NCBI GenBank assembly: GCA_044353785.1
Contig: JBILBH010000006.1
Coordinates: 7,910 to 71,909, forward strand
DNA: 64,000 nt
Direction: 5' to 3'
Source of the DNA: Terrimicrobiaceae bacterium
GTDB lineage: Bacteria; Verrucomicrobiota; Verrucomicrobiia; Chthoniobacterales; Terrimicrobiaceae
Position 1 is the stretch's first letter, and each line of letters begins with the position of its first letter. Made by a program: the position numbers and the translations under genes. Of the stretch, positions 1 to 10,700 are shown piece after piece. The notes beneath the pieces are model-generated. The model had not been told where the DNA came from. It made no database searches and saw only the letters and a program-made list of their open reading frames with translations.

Positions 1-384
1 GCCGACCACCTGAAATGCACTGCTCACGCTGGCCATGGAAAAGAAGATTCCAAAAAAGAAGGCGGTCGAGGCAGCGTCCTGCTTTGGAAGGAAACCAAGC
101 GATGCCACAAGCATGGCCCACAGGCCGACGTTGAACCATCCCATGCCCAGTGCCATTTCTTTGGGAGTCATCAAGCGGGCGATGAGGGGGAGTGCCAATG
201 CTTGGAGGGCATTGGCCCACGATGGTAGGGAGACGATCCAGCCAAAGGCGGATTTTTCGACCCCGAACCATTGCGTCAGCAAGGCTGCAAGAAGAAAGCC
301 ACCGGGTATGGTAACGACCGTATAGGGAGTTGTCAGTAGACCCTCCATGAGTCCGATACGAAGATTGCGTCGGGAACTATTCAT
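1..384 (-). CDS. Membrane transporter, MFS-like, N-terminal fragment (gene continues beyond window start)
   Basis: I translated the minus strand from the ATG at 384-382: MNSSRRNLRIGLMEGLLTTPYTVVTIPGGFLLAALLTQWFGVEKSAFGWIVSLPSWANALQALALPLIARLMTPKEMALGMGWFNVGLWAMLVASLGF... The frame stays open to position 1 and is rich in hydrophobic helices. It is absent from the ORF track because there is no stop inside the window. Confidence 0.5.
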   Translation of the reverse strand, partial: MNSSRRNLRIGLMEGLLTTPYTVVTIPGGFLLAALLTQWFGVEKSAFGWIVSLPSWANALQALALPLIARLMTPKEMALGMGWFNVGLWAMLVASLGFLPKQDAASTAFFFGIFFSMASVSSAFQVVG

Positions 385-655
385 TGCGTTTTGATGAGAG
401 ATTTCTTCTGTCAAATCGCGAGGTGTGAAGTGCGAAGTTGCACCTTGCTGCAGCGGGTCGTGGGCAGAAGAGCTTGCTCATCGGAGTCAATCAGAGCGTC
501 GAGCAGTTTTTCATAACGTTTGTATTTATCAACCATTCCCTAATTGCGGCACCGCCGCTTCATTTTCAATCTTCTTTTAGAATGAAAAACACTCCATGGG
601 AAAGAGTCCAGTTGACCGTCGGGTAATAAACCACTAAATAAAAACAAACCTTTGT

Positions 656-3559
656 ATGCGCTGCAATCAAGGGCCCCTTTTCTTTCCTATGATTGATTCC
701 AAAAACTATAAAATGCATCTGATCCTGAATACCCATTGGGATCGTGAATACCGGTGGAGCTTCCGCGAGACCCAGGCTCGTTTGCTTGAGGCAGGAGATA
801 TCCTACTCGATGCGATGGTGAAGGATCCGCGCTTCGCTTACTTCCATCCCGATGCGCAGTCTTCGTTCTTGGAGGATTACTTGGAATTCCGTCCCGAGCG
901 CCGCCCGCAGGTCGAAAAGTTGGTGAAGGAAAAGCGTCTCCATGCCGGCCCTTGGTATACGCTTCCGGCGGAGTTTCTGGTGAGTGGCGAGGCGCTCGTT
1001 CGGAATCTTCTTCTGGGTCACCGCATCGCCGAGTCGCTCGGTGGGGTGATGAAATGTGCCTACAATATTTTCAGCTGGGGTCAGGTGTCGCAGTTGCCGC
1101 AGATCTATCGCCAGTTTGGCATGGACACGATCCTCTTCTACCGAGGCATTGATCAGTCTAACATTGAGAAGCTCGAGTTCTGGTGGGATTCTCCAGACGG
1201 TTCTCGTGTGATGGGCTTCACTTTTGGCTCGTTCCACCGCCTCAATTTCTGGATTTACGTTTACAACCCCTACATCCGCGCCACGGGCGGCGCGAGCAGC
1301 CTCCCGACAGGCGACTATGATCTGGAGTCCATCCAACAAAATGGCGGCGTCATCGCCCGCTTGGCCGACACCTACAGCACGGACGACCTGAACTACCATG
1401 TCCTGCGCCAGCCGATCATGAAGAGCATGGAGTCGGCTATCAAAGGCATGGAAACGCTTCGGGATACCGTCAAGGACAAGGTGTCCACCAGGCATCTTCT
1501 CTTCTATCAGGGCTTCGATCAGGAGAATCCAGATCCGCACATTCCCGACCTCGTTGAGGAAATTAATAAGCGTATCGACTACGGCGAGGTAACCATCAGC
1601 AGCCTGCCGGAAGTGGTGCAAACGATTCGCAAAGAAATGGCCGAATCGGGCGCGGACAAAGATCTGCTGCGTTTGGAGGGTGAAATGCTGAGTGTGGAGA
1701 CCAAGGCCGATGCCTTCGCTCCACTTTATATCGGTGTGTTCTCGGCCCGCATGCCGCTGAAGTTGCAAAACGCCGATTGCCAGCATCGCCTGGAGAAATG
1801 GGCTGAGCCGACTTCGGCCTGGCAACTTTTTCATGGCAAGTCTTATCCCGAGACACTGCTGCGCTCGGCGTGGAAAGAGATTCTCCAGAACCAACAGCAC
1901 GACGGTATCGGGGGCTGCCATATCGACCGCGTGCAGCTGGCCATGGAGGAGCGCTATCGTATCGCGAATGACATCAGTGAGTGCGTGACCCGCGACAACC
2001 TCAAGGACCTCGTAACGCGCATCGACTTCTCAGCCATCGGCCAGCACGAACTGGGCGTAACGGTTTTCAACAGCACCTCCGCCATGCGCAGTGAAGTGGT
2101 CGAAGTCGCGGTCGATGTCCCGATCTCTTGGGGCCTGCGCAACTACGGACCTTATAAAAAGCCGCTCATGGTGGATGTGTTCGACTCCATGGGTAATGCC
2201 ATTCGCGCCCAGGTGCTGGGAACAGAAGACGATACTTTTTATGCCTACCTGAAATACGGCAACGCCATCAATGTCGAGGCCACCCGCCTGCGGATCGCGA
2301 TTCCGGTGGAGGTTCCGGCCTTCGGCTACAGCACCTACCGGGTTGTGCCAAAGCAAGCCGCCGCGCGCCCTGTGGACAACATCAGCTCCCAGGTGAATGT
2401 CCTCGAAAACGAATTCCTCCGCGCCGAGGTGCTGGCCGATGGCACGGTAACTCTCACCGACAAGGCAACCGGGCACGCCTACAAGGGCCTCAACGCCTTC
2501 GAGGACGAGGGGGAATGTGGCGGTCCGCTTGTGCATTACCGGGCAAACAACGACGCCTGCTACACCACATTCGGCCAACCCGCTGCTGTGGCTCTCGTGG
2601 CCAACGGGCCAATGACCGCCACCTACCGTGTCGAGCGTGACTGGGAGCTCCCTGAGGGTCTCGAGCAGGAACTCAAGATCCATGTGCCGCACGGTTCCGA
2701 GTGGATCGACACTGGTGCCCTGCGCCGCTCCTCGCGCAAATCCGTCGTGCGCATCCTCACTGAGATCACGCTCCGCCATGGCAGTCGTCAGTTGGAATTC
2801 GTCACCACCGTAGACAACCGCTGTCAGGATCACCGCCTGCGAGTTCTTTTCCCGACCGGCCTCGACAAAGCCAGCCATTGCCATGTGGACAGTGCGTTTG
2901 ATGTGGTCAAGAGGCCCATCTCGATTCCCGACTCCACCGGATGGTATGAAGAAGCCGCACGCACGCTTCCGACGCTGTCATTTGTCGATGTGAGTGACGG
3001 CAAACACGGCCTCGCTGTGCTCCACTACGGGTTTTCAGAATACGAGGTGCAGGATAATCGCGATCGCGCGATTGCTCTCACGATGCTGCGTTGCTTCGGC
3101 ACGGCGGGGAATCCGACCGAGACCCACGTCTTCCAGGCTCTCGCGCAGTGCCAAGGCAAACACGTCTTCCGCTACGCCGTGATGCCGCACACGGGCGATT
3201 GGCGGAAAGGCAAAGTGCCGCAGGCTGCAAGCCGCTTGACGAGTCCGCTCCGCGCTATCGTGGCTACCACACATGACGGCGAGTTGCCGCCGGTGAACAG
3301 CTTCATTTCATTCGACAACCCCGAATTCATCGTCACCGCCCTCAAGAAGGCCGAACATGAAAACGCTGTTGTCGTTCGTGGCTACAATCCAACGCCAGAG
3401 GGCTTTGATGTGACCATCACCGTGCCGGAAAAAACCGCTTCGGTCTCACGCATCACCCTCGAAGAGAAACCGCTGGGCGAGCTCAAACTCTCAAAAAACA
3501 AGGCCACCTTCACCGCCGGCAAGGGTGAGATTGTGTCGCTCCTCATCAATACAAAGTGA
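656..3559 (+). CDS. Glycoside hydrolase family 38 alpha-mannosidase (cytoplasmic)
   Basis: 967-aa ORF. The N-terminal block HLILNTHWDREYRW matches the metal-binding H-x-H-W-D-R-E motif of bacterial GH38 enzymes. The length is typical and there is no signal peptide. The true start may be the ATG at 689 or 713. Confidence 0.85.
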   Translation: MRCNQGPLFFPMIDSKNYKMHLILNTHWDREYRWSFRETQARLLEAGDILLDAMVKDPRFAYFHPDAQSSFLEDYLEFRPERRPQVEKLVKEKRLHAGPWYTLPAEFLVSGEALVRNLLLGHRIAESLGGVMKCAYNIFSWGQVSQLPQIYRQFGMDTILFYRGIDQSNIEKLEFWWDSPDGSRVMGFTFGSFHRLNFWIYVYNPYIRATGGASSLPTGDYDLESIQQNGGVIARLADTYSTDDLNYHVLRQPIMKSMESAIKGMETLRDTVKDKVSTRHLLFYQGFDQENPDPHIPDLVEEINKRIDYGEVTISSLPEVVQTIRKEMAESGADKDLLRLEGEMLSVETKADAFAPLYIGVFSARMPLKLQNADCQHRLEKWAEPTSAWQLFHGKSYPETLLRSAWKEILQNQQHDGIGGCHIDRVQLAMEERYRIANDISECVTRDNLKDLVTRIDFSAIGQHELGVTVFNSTSAMRSEVVEVAVDVPISWGLRNYGPYKKPLMVDVFDSMGNAIRAQVLGTEDDTFYAYLKYGNAINVEATRLRIAIPVEVPAFGYSTYRVVPKQAAARPVDNISSQVNVLENEFLRAEVLADGTVTLTDKATGHAYKGLNAFEDEGECGGPLVHYRANNDACYTTFGQPAAVALVANGPMTATYRVERDWELPEGLEQELKIHVPHGSEWIDTGALRRSSRKSVVRILTEITLRHGSRQLEFVTTVDNRCQDHRLRVLFPTGLDKASHCHVDSAFDVVKRPISIPDSTGWYEEAARTLPTLSFVDVSDGKHGLAVLHYGFSEYEVQDNRDRAIALTMLRCFGTAGNPTETHVFQALAQCQGKHVFRYAVMPHTGDWRKGKVPQAASRLTSPLRAIVATTHDGELPPVNSFISFDNPEFIVTALKKAEHENAVVVRGYNPTPEGFDVTITVPEKTASVSRITLEEKPLGELKLSKNKATFTAGKGEIVSLLINTK

Positions 3560-4539
3560 GTGATCTTTTTCCGAATCTGGGTGTCGATGCTGAAAGCCTC
3601 GGCCTCACACCTGTCGAGCAGACTTCTGACCAGCGCTTCAGCGCCGGGCGGGATGGAGTGAAGGCCATCGCCTGCACTGGCGACGGGGTGGTCGAGTTTG
3701 TTGGCTTCGATCACCAGACCATGGCCCATGTGCGTTCGAGTATGGGTTATCCGGCTTACTACCCGGTGCATCCTGTGAAGTTGGAGCGGCCACTCCAGGC
3801 CGTGCTGATGGACCTCGATGGAACCACCGTGCACAGTGAGGAATTTTGGATTTGGATCATCCAGCAAACCACGGCAAGCCTTCTCGCAAATCCGGGCTTC
3901 GAACTCGAAGAGACCGATTTGCCCCATGTGTCCGGCCACAGCGTTTCCGAGCACCTTCAATATTGCATAAAAAAATATTGCCCCGGCAAAACCGTGGAAG
4001 AAGCAAGGGTCTTCTATTTTCATCACACTCACCGCGAGTTGGCCGCCATTATGGCTGGCGGTGGACGTCCAAACGCCTTCACGCCTGCGCCGGGTTTGAA
4101 AGATTTCCTGCTCGAACTCAAGGGGCGCGGCATCTTGATCGGTCTTGTCACAAGCGGACTTCACGAGAAAGCCTACCCGGAAATCCTCTCGGCTTTCCGC
4201 GCGCTGGGAATGGGGGATCCGGCGCAGTTCTATGATGCTATCATCACCGCTGGTTTTCCGCTCCGTCAGGGGCAAGCCGGAACACTTGGTGAACTTTCTC
4301 CCAAACCCCATCCATGGCTCTACGCCGAGGCCGCGCGGGTCGGTTTGGGGATTTCCTTTGATGGGCGTGCCCGAGTGGCGGGAATCGAAGACAGTGCTGC
4401 GGGAGTCTGTTCGATCCGATTAGCCGGATTCACGGCCTTTGGCTTGGCGGGAGGAAATATCAAGTCGGGCGGGAGCGACGGGCTATGCCATTCACTCCAT
4501 GCCGATCTCGAAGGCGTGCGGACAGCCTTGTTCGATTAG
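3556..4539 (+). CDS. HAD-superfamily hydrolase/phosphatase with N-terminal extension
   Basis: HAD motif I VLMDLDGTTV, motif II LVTSG, and a distal acidic motif GIEDSAAG. The GTG start overlaps the GH38 stop (GTGA at 3556-3559). The first ~85 aa match nothing I recognise. Confidence 0.75.
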   Translation: MSDLFPNLGVDAESLGLTPVEQTSDQRFSAGRDGVKAIACTGDGVVEFVGFDHQTMAHVRSSMGYPAYYPVHPVKLERPLQAVLMDLDGTTVHSEEFWIWIIQQTTASLLANPGFELEETDLPHVSGHSVSEHLQYCIKKYCPGKTVEEARVFYFHHTHRELAAIMAGGGRPNAFTPAPGLKDFLLELKGRGILIGLVTSGLHEKAYPEILSAFRALGMGDPAQFYDAIITAGFPLRQGQAGTLGELSPKPHPWLYAEAARVGLGISFDGRARVAGIEDSAAGVCSIRLAGFTAFGLAGGNIKSGGSDGLCHSLHADLEGVRTALFD

Positions 4540-4654
4540 AAAACAAAGGATTGCTAAATCCCAGCATGGAACCTTTACAATACAAGTTTGTGGCGGAATA
4601 GTCCTTGTCAACTCGTCTCGATGCTTCATCGAGCGCTGTTGATGCTTCCAATTA

Positions 4655-5626
4655 GTGAAAACTCATTCTTCTCCAACTTTGATCGATATCGCCCGTGTGT
4701 GCGATGTGAATATTTCTACCGTCTCCCGAGCGCTTAGCGACGACAAGAGGGTCCGCCCCGACACAAAAAAACGAATCCAGATCACAGCCAAGCGTCTTGG
4801 CTACCGGCCGAACCTCGCCGCCCGCATGTTGCGGGCAAAAAAATCCCAGTTCTTCTGGTTTATCGCTCCAGACCTCGCCAATCCGGTCGATACTTATCTG
4901 GTCGAGGCTGCCGCCCTCGCTGCGGCAGACAGGGACTACGATCTCATGGTTTCTCTTCACTTGGGAAAACAGAAAATCTTCGACCGCATCATCACGGCCA
5001 TGCACTCGGCACTCGCCGGCGGGGCCATCGTCAACCGACGCGACATCGAGGATCTTTCGGTCCTTCACGGCCTCGTCAGCCAAGGATTTCCCATCGTGTT
5101 GGTCGATGTGCCTATCGATTCCATGAACCTGCCCACGGTCACTACGGACCATGCGAAGGCTGCGGATGACTTGGTTCAGGCTTGTCTCGATGAGGGAGCG
5201 AAATCATTTCTGGTGCTTTTCAATCCCTCGCTCAACCTCGTCGATAAGCGCCGCCATGACGCCACGCTCGTTGCTCTCAATGCCCGGGGGATTCCTTTCT
5301 CGACACTGGCGCAGTTTGCCCCAGATGGGTTGAAGCCCGAGCTTCCGTCCCCGTTGTGCCTCATCGAATCCCATCAAACGGCGATTCAGGATTTCCTTTG
5401 GCACAATCCCGGTGTGGCGGAAGGTCGAGAGTTGCTTATCGGATGCTTCGACCAATGGATTGGCTCGCCGAACCCTGCCTCGCGGGTCCTTGTGGCTGAG
5501 CAGGACTGCTCCGGAATTGCCTGCCGCACCGTCGACAACCTCATCGCGCTGATCGAGGGCGACCCCGCCGCGAACGGTTGCGGTGAAGTAGGCCTTCCCC
5601 TTCTACGGATCACCTCGAAAATCTGA
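4655..5626 (+). CDS. LacI-family transcriptional regulator
   Basis: N-terminal HTH LIDIARVCDVNISTVSRALSD...AKRLGYRPNLAARMLR followed by a sugar-binding-fold C-terminal region. GTG start. Confidence 0.85.
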   Translation: MKTHSSPTLIDIARVCDVNISTVSRALSDDKRVRPDTKKRIQITAKRLGYRPNLAARMLRAKKSQFFWFIAPDLANPVDTYLVEAAALAAADRDYDLMVSLHLGKQKIFDRIITAMHSALAGGAIVNRRDIEDLSVLHGLVSQGFPIVLVDVPIDSMNLPTVTTDHAKAADDLVQACLDEGAKSFLVLFNPSLNLVDKRRHDATLVALNARGIPFSTLAQFAPDGLKPELPSPLCLIESHQTAIQDFLWHNPGVAEGRELLIGCFDQWIGSPNPASRVLVAEQDCSGIACRTVDNLIALIEGDPAANGCGEVGLPLLRITSKI

Positions 5627-5642
5627 AGAGGCTAGCGAATTA

Positions 5643-5693
5643 TACAAAGCTTTGCATTTTTATTTGACTCTCGCCCGGAGTCGCATCTAAGCT
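5643..5693 (+). promoter_or_regulatory. Candidate LacI-type operator (TACAAAGCTTTGCA) abutting a candidate -35/-10 promoter
   Basis: 14-bp near-perfect palindrome at 5643-5656 with a perfect inner 10-mer CAAAGCTTTG. TTGACT at 5664-5669, an 18-nt spacer, then TAAGCT at 5688-5693. It lies between the LacI gene and the symporter start at 5767. Confidence 0.3.
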
Positions 5694-5766
5694 GTGAGCG
5701 TATGAACATTGGACCCTCGCCCGAACAATTCCCCCGCGATCTTGGAACCTTGAAAGTAAGCTTCCT

Positions 5767-7734
5767 ATGAGCATCTGGGACTGGTGTACCGTCGGGGTGC
5801 TGTTTGGTGGGCTGCTCTTTCTCACGAACGCCACGCGGAAATACCTACGGGGGGTGAGCGACTTTCTCGCGGCAAATCGTCTTGCGGGTCGTTACATGCT
5901 GACGATTGGCGGGCAGGCGAGCGGCACCGGAGTGATCGCCGTGATCGCGCTTTACGAGGCGGGTTATGTGGCCGGGTTCACTTCCATGTGGTGGGGCATG
6001 CTCGCGCTGCCTGTGGGCGTGATTCTTGCCCTGACGGGTTTTGTTTATTACCGATTCCGAGAGACCCGGGCGCTGACGCTGGCGCAGTTTTTCGAGACGC
6101 GTTACTCACCAAATTTCCGCAAATTTGCGGGTATCGTTTGCTTCCTTACCGGGTTGATCAATTTCGGTGTTTTTCCGGCCGTTGCGGCGCGATTCTATGT
6201 CAATTTCCTTGGCCTGCCCGAGACTTTCCCGATTCCGGGAACTTCGATCGAGTTTTCCACTTTCGCCACCTTGATGGCCTTGGATCTGGGGATTGCCCTT
6301 TTGATGGTCGTTTTCGGCGGGCAGATCAGCATCATGCTCTCGGACTGCTATTCTGGGATTGTTAGTCTGATCGGATTTGTGGCGATCACCGCCTTTGCGA
6401 TTTGGCTGGTCGGTTGGCAAAACATCATCGAGGGCACGCGGTTGGCTCCCGAGAACGCCTCGATGATCCATCCGATGAAGGGCGGGGAGATCAAGGACTT
6501 TAATGTCTGGTTTTATCTCATCGGAATTCTGAACGGAATTCTCGTGCGCGCTGCGTGGCAGGGATCCCAAGGTTACAATGCCTCTGCGAAGAGCCCCCAC
6601 GAGCAAAAAATGGGAGCCATCATCGGCGGGTGGCGTTGGGATGTGCAGGGCTGGATGGGTATAGTGATTGCGGTGGCTGTGTTCGCGTTGCTGAATCTTC
6701 CGGAGTTTTCCAGCACCTCCTCCGTCGTCGAGACCCGCTTGGCTGCGATCGGAAATGAAACGATCCAAAATCAGATGCGCGTTCCGGTCACGCTCTCAGA
6801 AATCCTCCCCGTCGGTCTCAAGGGGCTATTTTTGGCAGTGATGATTTTTTGCTCCATTGGCACGCACAACACTTACATGCACTCCTGGGGCAGTATTTTC
6901 ATCCAGGATGTCTGGATTCCCTTCCGCAAAAAAAACTACTCGCCGAAGGACCACATTTTCCTGCTGCGACTCGCTGTCACGGGGGTGGCACTCTATGCTT
7001 TCATTTTCGGGTTGTTCCACACACCCAGCACGCCGATCTACATGTTCTGGGCGATCACCGGCACGATCTGGCTGCCCGGTGCCGGCGCGGCGGTTATCGG
7101 CGGGCTTTACTGGAAAAAAGGCACGACCGCTGCGTGCTATCCCGCGATTCTTTTCGGTGCGGCGGTGGGATTTTTCGGGCTTCTCTACCCGCCGATCTAC
7201 CAGTCCCAATACGGTGAGGAGTTTCCGATCAACAACCAGTATTTGTATTTCATCGCGATTGTCGGATCAGCTGTAAGTTACATCGCGATCTCGCTGCTGA
7301 CTTACAAGGGAATCCCCTTCAACCTCGATAAAATGCTCCACCGTGGACAATTGGTGGTTGGGTCCGATCATACTGAGAGTAGAGAGAAAGTCTCCAAATG
7401 GCAGAAGATTTTCGGCATCAACAAAGACTTTTCCTTTGGTGACAAGATTCTGGCTGTGTTCCTCGTGGTCTGGAACGCATCTTGGATCCTTCTTTTTGCT
7501 GCTGTGACCCTGATCAATCTGGCGACGCCTCTTTCCATTGGTTGGTGGGAGTCCTACTGGAAATTTTATGTCTTTTTCTACCTCGGCTTCAACGCCGTGA
7601 TCGCCATCTGGTTCACCTTCGGCGGAACGAAGGACATCATCGGTCTTTTCCATGCTCTGAAAACCTCCAAGTTCGATGAGAATGACGACGGGCGTGCCGA
7701 GCATCTCAACAACTCGGGCAAATCCTCGCACTGA
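5767..7734 (+). CDS. Sodium:solute symporter (SSF) family transporter
   Basis: 655-aa polytopic membrane protein with many hydrophobic segments and an SSF-like N-terminus (FLAANRLAGRYMLTIGGQASGTG). It is the first gene of the long co-directional operon. Confidence 0.75.
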   Translation: MSIWDWCTVGVLFGGLLFLTNATRKYLRGVSDFLAANRLAGRYMLTIGGQASGTGVIAVIALYEAGYVAGFTSMWWGMLALPVGVILALTGFVYYRFRETRALTLAQFFETRYSPNFRKFAGIVCFLTGLINFGVFPAVAARFYVNFLGLPETFPIPGTSIEFSTFATLMALDLGIALLMVVFGGQISIMLSDCYSGIVSLIGFVAITAFAIWLVGWQNIIEGTRLAPENASMIHPMKGGEIKDFNVWFYLIGILNGILVRAAWQGSQGYNASAKSPHEQKMGAIIGGWRWDVQGWMGIVIAVAVFALLNLPEFSSTSSVVETRLAAIGNETIQNQMRVPVTLSEILPVGLKGLFLAVMIFCSIGTHNTYMHSWGSIFIQDVWIPFRKKNYSPKDHIFLLRLAVTGVALYAFIFGLFHTPSTPIYMFWAITGTIWLPGAGAAVIGGLYWKKGTTAACYPAILFGAAVGFFGLLYPPIYQSQYGEEFPINNQYLYFIAIVGSAVSYIAISLLTYKGIPFNLDKMLHRGQLVVGSDHTESREKVSKWQKIFGINKDFSFGDKILAVFLVVWNASWILLFAAVTLINLATPLSIGWWESYWKFYVFFYLGFNAVIAIWFTFGGTKDIIGLFHALKTSKFDENDDGRAEHLNNSGKSSH

Positions 7735-7737
7735 ACG

Positions 7738-10700
7738 ATGCGTAATCGATGGGTTGGCATTTTTATTCCCGTTATGGGAGTGCCGTTGCTGAACTGCTCT
7801 GCTTTGGCCGTTGTGCCCCAAGAAAAAGAGCGGGCCTCGTTGGTCATTGATTGCACAGCCCCTCAGGCGGTGGTCTCGGAGTCTGTCGATGTGGAAAACG
7901 GAAGGATCGAAACCGAGATGGGGGCCTTCCAAGAAAGCTTCCCCGTGAAGACCCTTCCCCGCAAAGGCAGCCAGATCCAACTCCGGGTGCCGTTTCGAGA
8001 CGGAACGAACTGTTTGATTCTGGAAATCCAGGAAATCCACAACCGCCGCCCGGAGGCTTTCGGCTATACCGTGCTCGTGAATGGAAAAGAGGTCTATTTC
8101 CGCACCTACCAAGAACTCGGCGCGGGGCCGAACCACTATTTTGTGGAGGTGCCCAAAGACTTTCTGAGAGGTCCGAGTCCGCTAGAGATCACGCTGCGGC
8201 ACGACGGGGGTGGGCCATTCAGCCTTGGCAAAATCTGGGTTCATGGAGACTTTTTTGAAAAGGTGGCCAAGCCCGAAAAGGTCTTTCGCCCCATGGCGAT
8301 TATTTTTCCAACCAGTTCGATCCGCCTGGAGGGCGAAAGCGAAACGAATCGCCTGCAAGGCGAGGGTGTCGAACTCCAGCGAATCCAAAAAATGCGGGCT
8401 GCATATTCCGGGCTTCAGGATTACGGACCGGTTGGTTTTTTGAACTTCGCCGGCGGCTACGGGCACATCGATCCGGAGGAAGGCAGAAAAGAGCTCCTCT
8501 CCCAAATTGACCTTTCCTCGGAGACCGGCATGCCGGGTCTCTGGATCGTCAATGGCACGGGATGGGGAGGCAAGCCCACGGGAACCGACGGGCGTGGGGG
8601 CTATTTCAGCGACATTCAATACACGCACACGATCTATGATTCCGCGCTTGGCACCTACCGCGCCTCATGGCCAAACATGTGGAGCAACACTCCCGGTGCC
8701 GCCCTTCGCAATCCGGTGATGAATGCTTTTTTGGAAAAACGCTTCCAGCAGCTCATGGAGGGCATTCAGGAGCAACTTGCCTGGCTTCGTCTCAAAGGAC
8801 AGCCCGCGCAGCCGATGATCGTGCGCGAATTTGCCCCCGCGAGCGGTGAGATTTCCCAAGCCGTCATCGAGTCGGCGGCGAGGGATGGTCTCACCCTTGA
8901 TCCCACCGATGGCATGAGCTCCGAGGAACGCCTCTGGATGCACCGGGATTCCGTTCGCACCTGGCAGGAATTTGCCGACAGCTCCCAGCGAAACATTGGC
9001 CGGGACATCGCGATTGTGGATCAAGGCAAGCTCCTCCTGCCCGAGGAGCAGTTTTTCCACAATCTTTACGCGCACCCGGATTTTCTTACCGACAAGCCCA
9101 TGAACGATCCGCGCTGGGGTGGTGGTCAGCATGGCATGGTCGATGGACTCTGGAGCAGCGGGGAAATGGGTGAGGGAGTGAACTTCCGCGATATCGCCAT
9201 GTATGACTACCTGCGCGCCCGTGGGAAGCTCTCGATGATCAATATGGAGCGCACAATCCTGAAACAGAATTTCAGTGTGATGAAGCGCCATTTCGAGCGA
9301 GGCTTTCAGTTTCTCTGCTTCTTCAATGCCGATCCCGGCGATGAGATATTTGTCCGCGAGGTGGATGGAATCGCCAACGATCCCATCGATCCTCCGGTGC
9401 ATCGCCAGCCCGCCCTGCTCGATGTGATCGTGCAGCGGGATTTCCATGCCGGACCGAAGGACAAACTTGTTTTTCAAAAAAACATGAAGGTTCACAGCAA
9501 GCTGCGCCTGGCTGTTGAGGATGTGTCCGAGCCTGGAGAGCTGATCTACAAGCTGACAAATTCCGGCGACGCTTTCACCGCACCGCTCGCCTTGGACCTC
9601 GATGGGCGCATCTCGCCAGGCGAGGCGAACAACATCGAGGTCCTCGTTGGCCCCTCCCTCGAGCGCTTGAAAAAAGTCGCCACGCTCACGGAGAAAAACC
9701 TGCCCGACCCGAACCATTGGACGCCGTGGATGACTTCCCGCAAGCTTCTCGATCTTGGTCCTTCGACCATTGGTCAAAAAATCGTTTATTTAAAGATCGT
9801 CTTCAACGCCATGCATGCCCCGGATGCGGCGTTTTTGCTCAGTCTCAATGTGCAATCCAGTTGGCTCCAACAGAGCGGCTACTTGGCCCAACCCTCGCTG
9901 AGCAAGAAGCAGCAACGCACTCTCCAGCTCTGGACGCAGGAACGCGCCATCGCCTCGAGCCTTTTGAAAAAATATTTTGCCACCGGCGGCGAGGATGAAG
10001 TCTATCGCCAAGCCAAGGATTTCTTTGAGCGCGGTTGGTATGCCAGCGCGAGGCGTCTCCTCGCATCGGAGATTTCGCAGGTGCTTCCTGCCACCTACTT
10101 GGTGCGGGGGCATGGTCGTCTGGGGCGCTATCCCATCGAGGTGAAGCTCGAACGTCCCGAGGATTGGGGATTTTTCACCATCGAAAAAATCGGATCCGAG
10201 GGCTGCATTTTCTGTATCAAGTCGGGTCAAGATAGCCAGCCTCTTTCCCTCACCATCGAAAACCTCGGAGCATCTGGGGAATGGGCGCTGCGCCCACTGG
10301 GGCAGGGACGCTACGCGATTTCCCCGGCTGCGAAAAACGGTCGCCGGGCGAAAGGTGGCCACTTGACTTTCGACATCGAGCATTCCAATCCCTCCAAGCT
10401 CGCTCCCAAACTCCCTTCCCGATTCGCGGCCCGGTTCCTTTCTGGAAACAAAAACCGCATCCATATGGATACACAGGATCTGGAGATCATGGACTATGCC
10501 TCGAGCATGAGCCTCCCGCTCGCAAAGGATCCCGTTTTCACCCGTTCGGCCGCCTGCATGGAGGGGGCAGAGGCGCCTGCCAAGGGCGAGATGCCTCAAC
10601 GCCATGACGAGGTCATTGTTAACACCAACGAGGCCGGCGAGGTCACGGCGGTGGAGGCCAGATATGGTTACGAAAAGGGACGGATCAAAAAATTTGAGCC

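Noticed and set aside
35-325. 96-aa plus-strand ORF at the window start
   Set aside because: Its composition is Ala/Arg/Pro-biased and it lies entirely antisense to an open, helix-rich, transporter-like frame on the minus strand (1-384). That frame has a sensible ATG and divergent-promoter geometry, so I preferred it.
803-1921. 372-aa minus-strand ORF inside the GH38 gene
   Set aside because: It is antisense to a well-supported GH38 gene. It is Arg/Leu/Ala/His-rich with no motifs. Long antisense ORFs of this kind are a typical artefact of GC-rich coding DNA.
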